The position numbers were made by a program, and so were the translations under genes. This document shows, in pieces, positions 58,227-64,000 of a stretch of DNA of 64,000 bases. Source of the stretch: Macrostomum lignano (lineage: Eukaryota); the NCBI GenBank assembly GCA_002269645.1, contig NIVC01001680.1:237545-301544 (forward strand), in the 5' to 3' direction. Position 1 is the first letter of the stretch. Each line of letters opens with the position of its first letter. The notes under the pieces were generated by a model. That model searched no databases and was not told where the DNA came from. It was given only the letters and a program-made list of their open reading frames with translations.

Positions 58227-59229
58227 TCAGTAGTGAGTCGCCACTTCAATCGTCATCCTCTTCATCTTTTTTACGCTGCTCCGCTTCTCTGGCCAGCCGT
58301 TCGACCCGGTCGTTGTGCCGGCCGACTCGTTTGATCGTTTCGGCTTCCTGCTTCTGAGGACGGGTTAAAAATTTAGTAAACACCTTCAATGCAGGATGGG
58401 CTTAAAGCTGATTTCGAACCCAAGTAGGTGTACATGTATATCCTAAAATGCCTAATAAGCGTAAATTTCTTGCTAAAAGCCTTGCCGAGACTGCAGGGTA
58501 TTCTAGCTAATGACCTTGCCGAGACTGCAGGGTATTCTAGCTAATGACCTTGCCGAGACTGCAGGGTATTCTAGCTAATGACCTTGCCGAGACTGCAGGG
58601 TATTCTAGCTAATGACCTTTGCCGAGACTGCAGGGTATTCTAGCTAATGACCTTGCCGAGACTGCAGGGTATTCTAGCTAATGAGTTAATGGCCTTGCTG
58701 GGCTTCCGGCAAACTTTATTTTGAGTTTTTTCTGTCAAATTGTTTTTAGAACTTTAACGGCAACAGGCTACTAGAGTGAGTAGAAATGATAGGAAAATAC
58801 CAGTGTTTAGTTTTTATTTGCTTATAGCACTATGGAGGGCGTAAGTTAAACTTTTGTAAAAAGGCATCATGGTAATGGTTTCGGGAACCTTTAAAATCGC
58901 CTTTAATACGAGCTTATGTCTCGCTAACAGGAAACTTGCCTAAAAGAAGTGATGAGAGTTGAAATTGAAAGCCACAGTAAGCTTTGTTTTACCTTTCTTC
59001 TGGCCTCTGCCTCTCGTTGCCTTTTGGCAATCAAATCCGGCGTGGTTGGCCTGGCGTCATCGCCCAGCCTCCGTTCCAGGTGGTGCGGCTTGCGACTTCG
59101 CGGCGTCACGTTGCCGCTGTCCAGAGCGACTTCAAAAGCAACTCCACCGGATTTCTTCTGCGTTGAAGAAGAAGACGATGGCTGCTGCTTTTGCTGTGGC
59201 TGCTTTTTCTGTTGTTGCTGCTTCGACAT
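58227..59229 (-). CDS. Stathmin-domain protein (two exons: 58993-59229, 58227-58353)
   Basis: SGGVAFEVAL...PHHLE...DLIAKRQREAEARRK resembles stathmin GxAFELIL...KLEAAEERRK; second exon is coiled-coil-like; clean GT-AG. Confidence 0.7.
58481..58685. repeat. 34-bp intronic minisatellite, 6 copies
   Basis: CCTTGCCGAGACTGCAGGGTATTCTAGCTAATGA. Confidence 0.95.
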
Positions 59230-59783
59230 GTTTCGATAAAATTTTTGTATTTTGTATTAAACTCGTATCCTATGGATCGGGATTGATTGTTAAATCAGTC
59301 TCAATTGTCAGTTGCCTCCCGGCTGGATCCTCATCCCCCATACATACCTGTTTTGAACGCAGGACAAGTTGGAGTCTCATCCTCATCCCTCTGCAGTGTG
59401 GTGTACAGTCCAATGTGTCTCTCAGTCTGCCCTGCCTGTCTGTCCCTCCCCCTTACCGTACCGTACCATTGCTAAGCGCGCTATAGTTGCGGAATTTTCT
59501 ATACAGTTTTTTTCTGCTACCCAATGCGACCTTGCCTACGCGAGGATCATTGACTATTCATCGCTCTGAGGGAACCTTTTCCTATACAGGCTATGTAGTA
59601 GAAAATCAACTCAAGGTATAGTTGCCCTGCTGCTTCTCAGCTACTATTGAACCGCGTGACCTACGCTCCGACAGTCGTCACGCCAGGCTTTTACGTGTGC
59701 AGTTTTATAGTATAGCTCGTGTTTTTAGATGCCGCCATTGCATTGCAGTATATATTCTGTGCCTGCTTGTAGTTCAGTGCTTT

Positions 59784-60240
59784 GACACCAAATGGGAGAG
59801 AGGGAAGTGAATGGGAGAGAGGGGAGTGGATGGAAGAGAGGGAAGTGAATGGGAGAGAGGGGAGTGGATGGAAGAGAGGGAAGTGGATGGAAGAGAGGGA
59901 AGTGAATGGGAGAGAGGGGAGTGAATGGAAGAGAGGGGAGTGGATGGAAGAGAGGGGAGTGAATGGGAGAGAGGGAAGTGAATGGGAAAGAGGGGAGTGA
60001 ATGGGGAGAGGGGTGAATGGGAAAGAGGGAGGAGTGGATGGGAGAGAGGGAAGTGAATGGGAGAGAGAGAGGAGTGGATGGGAGAGAGGGAAGTGAATGG
60101 GAGAGAGAGAGGAGTGGATGGGAGAGAGGGAAGTGAATGGGAGAGAGAGAGGAGTGGATGGGAGAGAGGGAAGTGAATGGAGAGAGGGAAGTGAATGGAG
60201 AGAGGGAATTGAATGGAGAGAGGGAAGTGAATGGAAGAGA
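59784..60240 (+). repeat. Purine-only GA-rich tandem repeat
   Basis: GGGAGAGAGGGAAGTGAAT-like units. Confidence 0.9.
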
Positions 60241-60759
60241 GGCCATATAGCACTTAGTTTGCAAGGTGTCGAGAGCTTCTGGTGTACAGTAAACGAAGTT
60301 GGCTTATTTGTCTGTTTCGTTTAAATAAAATTAATATTTAAATACTAATACTGAATAGCAAATTCCTAGCGAAAAAACTGGTTTGGACAAAGTGACTCAG
60401 AACAAAGTGCCAAGTTGTACCTGCAAGATGCAACTCGTGCACCTAAAGCACGCACGCACCATTCGTATCACACACAATGGACTTAAAAAGGCAACGAAGC
60501 TTTCATTATTCTGCAAGACTGCCGTCAAGACCGCACAGGCAGGCACGGCAAGCGAGTACACAATCGTACCTGGTAAAGGGCTTGCTGAATCGTGCTCTTG
60601 GACAATTAAACCAGCTCGTACACGATCTACTGTGTCTCTTTCACCTGCTTGGAAGCTGAATCCTTTCTCGTGGATATATAATATCTCATTTACTAGCTCA
60701 GTGCCTGCATAAACAAATTTTATAACAAGCCATTAAATCTATTTAACATTGAAGCAACT

Positions 60760-61209
60760 ATGAAGTTCAGCCAAGCGTCTTTGCTGTTGCTAGCTCTGCT
60801 GCTGGCTCTGGTGCTGCAGCAGTATTACTGCGCCTCGGCCGGTCACTGCAATCGCTGCACCAGACGTTACCGTCCAGTGTGCGCCAGCGGACGCACCTTC
60901 CGCAACGCCTGCTTGGCTCGTTGCTCCGGCTCTGTTAACTTCGTTCGGGGTCGCTGCCTCTGTCTGTGCCCGCCCGGCTCAAATCCGGTGTGCTCATCTA
61001 GCTCTGGCAGGACCTATCGCAACGCTTGTTACGCCAAATGCGCCGGCGCCACGGAAACCACGCCGGGACGGTGCTCCGACTCCGGCAAGACCGGCTGCGC
61101 CTCCTGCTCGAACTGGTTGCGGCCAGTGTGCGCAAACGGGAAGACCTACAGGAATTTCTGTCATGCTCTGTGCCGCGGCGTCAAAAGCTATCACCACGGA
61201 GCTTGTTGA
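60760..61209 (+). CDS. Secreted three-domain Kazal-type protease inhibitor
   Basis: Signal peptide; three C-C-PVC...TY/FxNxCxAxC...C units. Confidence 0.9.
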   Translation: MKFSQASLLLLALLLALVLQQYYCASAGHCNRCTRRYRPVCASGRTFRNACLARCSGSVNFVRGRCLCLCPPGSNPVCSSSSGRTYRNACYAKCAGATETTPGRCSDSGKTGCASCSNWLRPVCANGKTYRNFCHALCRGVKSYHHGAC

Positions 61210-61813
61210 TCTGTATAACAATCAGTGGGACATTAATATTTTCTAAAACAAAAAAGTCTGCCAAATGTCTCATTTTCTGTAATGATTTTTAAAGTTTATC
61301 GACTTTCAAATAAGTTTTCTTTAAAGAAAAGTCTTTATTAGCTACGTAGCAAAAACCGAATGATACAATGCAGTCTTCAAAGAATACATGTAATTTAGAA
61401 AACATTGTTTGCCGACCTACATCTGCAGCTTGTAATCAAAGCAAAAATTAGTCAGAGGTTTTACTGTTTCAGTGTTCGATAATAAACCCTGGAAGCTGTA
61501 TTCTATGGAAAAAGGAAGCGGACAAGTCGACTAATTATTTTTTACTTGAGTAGATACTACATAGAGTTTTACTACGCACGGTTCTAACTTTGGTTACTGA
61601 AAGTAGCAGTATCTACGAGTACAATCTATTTTAACTAAAAGGTTTAAAAACACACAAAATATATGGTAGGCTAGTAGGAATTCATTTCTAGAAATAAAAT
61701 CAAATTTAACTGTAACTAATTCTCTACTTAAGGCAGCATCTATACAATTGCAAGAACATCTTCTCTGTCCAGGCTAATTTGTCAAGAACTGCACATGCGA
61801 TGATTTTCATCAT

Positions 61814-62074
61814 TCAGCGCCTGACCGGGATGCCAACCTCGGCTCGGCAGATCCCCGGCTTTGTAATCCAATCGCCATTGCACCTGGCGTGACACGCGTT
61901 CCTGTAAACGATTCTCCCTTTGAAGGCGCACACAAACTTTATCTTGGTTGGGCAGCTCCGTAGACACCTAGCAACAGCAGATTCACTTCTGCGAGCATGT
62001 CTTCTAGCGGTTGCAGTTGATGCAAACAATGCGATGGCAAGGGCTGCGATAATCAACAAGCAGAGCAGTCTCAT
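61814..62074 (-). CDS. Secreted single-domain Kazal-like protein
   Basis: MRLLCLLIIAALAIALFA signal from ATG 62074; CLRSCPTKIKFVC...YRNACHARC...GIC. Confidence 0.8.
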   Translation of the reverse strand: MRLLCLLIIAALAIALFASTATARRHARRSESAVARCLRSCPTKIKFVCAFKGRIVYRNACHARCNGDWITKPGICRAEVGIPVRR

Positions 62075-62726
62075 TATCTTTGTTTTCTCATGCGATCTAT
62101 AGGGCCTACAGCTGTGTATGCAGTGCGGACTTGTCAGGCTTTTTGTTCTTTTATAGTTGCTTGAGAGCGTCCAACCTTGTGAATGTTGAATGAGCTTCGA
62201 AAAATAATTCTCAACCTCAAGTATCACTGCAGATTTTGTTCAAGACGAAGGATTGTGTTAAAAATTCATTGCTTTACTGTGCATCTACTTATTGGTATCT
62301 CTTTGGACAATAAGGATAATAAACGCAGTTATTACATCCTGGATTTATGAAAAAAATAGCCATGTTGTCATTTAGCTAGATTTTTTCTTTTCAAGATGAA
62401 GGATTTTTAGAGACTGCTGGAGCTGGCTCGAGTCGGAGAGAAATCACGGATGTAAACATTAGTCAAAAAAAAAAAAAAAAAACCAGACAGTATAGCAGCT
62501 GTAGAGGCCTCCCTCAGCCCGTAGCGGCAGGCAAGCAGAATAGTAACTACTCAAAAAAATTGTCAAGCCGTTTTATTCGTGTACTACTAGAATGGACGGA
62601 TGCTTGCTTTTGCAGTAGCACCTAAACCAAACCATGGATTATACTTGCTCGAATTATCGAGTTTTCACAATTTATTCAATGCATAGGATGTGTTTAGCTT
62701 CAAGCCCTTATTCTACATCTGCTTGA

Positions 62727-62926
62727 TCGGGGGTTCGATTCCCGATTCCACTGGAACAATTTGTGTCATTGAGCAGGAATACTATACTATACTATACTAT
62801 ACTATACTATACTATACTATACTATACTATACTATACTATACTATACTATAAATATACACGATCTTGTAGCCCAAAGAGGCACTCAAGGACTACTTAACA
62901 ACAACAAAGTTGTTAAGTAGTCCTTG
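62727..62926 (+). mobile_element. 5'-truncated copy of the same SINE family with an (ACTAT)n expansion and an 18-bp terminal hairpin
   Basis: GGGGGTTCGATTCCC...CAATTTGTGTCATTGAGCA matches the 42715-42958 copy; hairpin 62885-62926. Confidence 0.5.
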
Positions 62927-63065
62927 GAGGCACTGCTGGTTTTAGAGCTAGAATGTGATCTCAATAAACAGAAGCATCTCCCCCGGTCTTGTCATTTGTT
63001 TCGCCGCTGTCTGAAGGCAGAAGATAACCGGTGCTTAGAACATCATAAAACATCGCGTTATAGAC

Positions 63066-63372
63066 GAATTGCCCGGCGTGATTTGCCCGTCGAGCTTTTC
63101 CCGCCGAGGTTTGCCCGCAATGATTTTTTACTGCAGCGCATTTAGCCATGCGGCAGATTTTGTCTGCATTTCTTCACCAATGAAGTTTTAATAAAGAGAT
63201 TTATCCGATCAAAACGTTTTGATAGTAACTGCATATCAAATGCATAATTTTTTTTTGGGGGGGGGCAATGCAGACAGATTCCAGCTGCCAAATGCGCTGC
63301 AGGAAAAAGCATTGCGGGCAAACCTCGGCGGGAAAAAGCTCGGCGGGCAATTTTTCTGCGGGCATTTCTCGT
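63066..63372. mobile_element. MITE with about 80-bp terminal inverted repeats
   Basis: TTGCCCGTCGAGCTTTTCCCGCCGAGGTTTGCCCGCAATG...CTGCAGCGCATTT is mirrored at about 63290-63365. Confidence 0.65.
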
Positions 63373-64000
63373 GCTCCCGTACATTATATATAGTTCAAAT
63401 ATTTTGTTAAGCATATGTACAAATGTAGTTAAGTGTATTGTCATAGCTCGTAGGTAAATATATATCAGTACTAAAATTGAGGTAAAAAACTTTGAGCAGC
63501 AATTAACGGGTTTTATATCAAGGATTGAAAGAAACCAGGAACACATTCCCCGCGCCTTGTCCTGAGAATGTTTCAAATTCCTTGACAATAATTTCTCCTA
63601 GAAAGTGTAGTTTGTTTACATGTACTTCTGGTGGGCCATTGTACTTTTAAACTTAATTATTTAGTGCACGCAGACTCTACCGCTACTGTAGCTATACGAA
63701 ACATTCCATTCCAACTCGTTGAAATGCCAAATTAAGAACAGTGTTGAGCAAAGTTCCGGCACTTCCGGCACTTTTAGTACCGGAAGTTACTTTTTGATAA
63801 GTCGGTCCTCCGGTACTTGAAAATGAAATTTTATGTGCAAACAGCCCATTTAATTAGCACTAAACATTTAGTGCTAAAAGTTGCACAAAAGCGCAAAATT
63901 TTCACCAAAAATACTCGTCGTAAATTTATAAAAAGGTAAAAAGAGGTGATCATGTGGTTTTGTAAGTTGAAGCACGTTTTTTAAGCATCATAGAATCAGA

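Overview
Eukaryotic nuclear DNA, almost certainly animal: spliced genes, Kazal, stathmin, RIIa, IQ and FN3 domains. The species cannot be determined from sequence alone. Bases 1-9951 are the right-hand part of an integrated Polinton/Maverick (adintovirus-like) element. Its minus-strand block holds major capsid, FtsK/A32-type packaging ATPase, minor capsid, adenain protease and a repeat plus lectin fibre-like gene. Its plus-strand block holds an unknown ORF, an HNH endonuclease, a parvovirus-type phospholipase A2 and an rve integrase. An N gap (8540-9291) follows, then a subterminal 74-bp perfect hairpin and an AGTAGT terminus. pPolB is not in the window. The standout is a 302-nt insertion (7592-7893) in the viral PLA2 gene. 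It folds by hand into a complete group I self-splicing intron (IC1-like; P1-P9 and a covarying P7 with an intact G-binding site). Its removal restores NFTG|PGT, and it lies next to a free-standing HNH nuclease gene. The element appears to sit in an intron of a host FN3/transmembrane receptor gene. The rest of the window holds a full-length Ty3/Gypsy element with a 5-bp TSD, a GAP-43-like IQ gene with a giant acidic exon, an RIIa+IQ gene, a stathmin-like gene, two Kazal genes, hAT/MITE/SINE elements and many intronic minisatellites. All alignments and folds were done by eye and no database search was possible.
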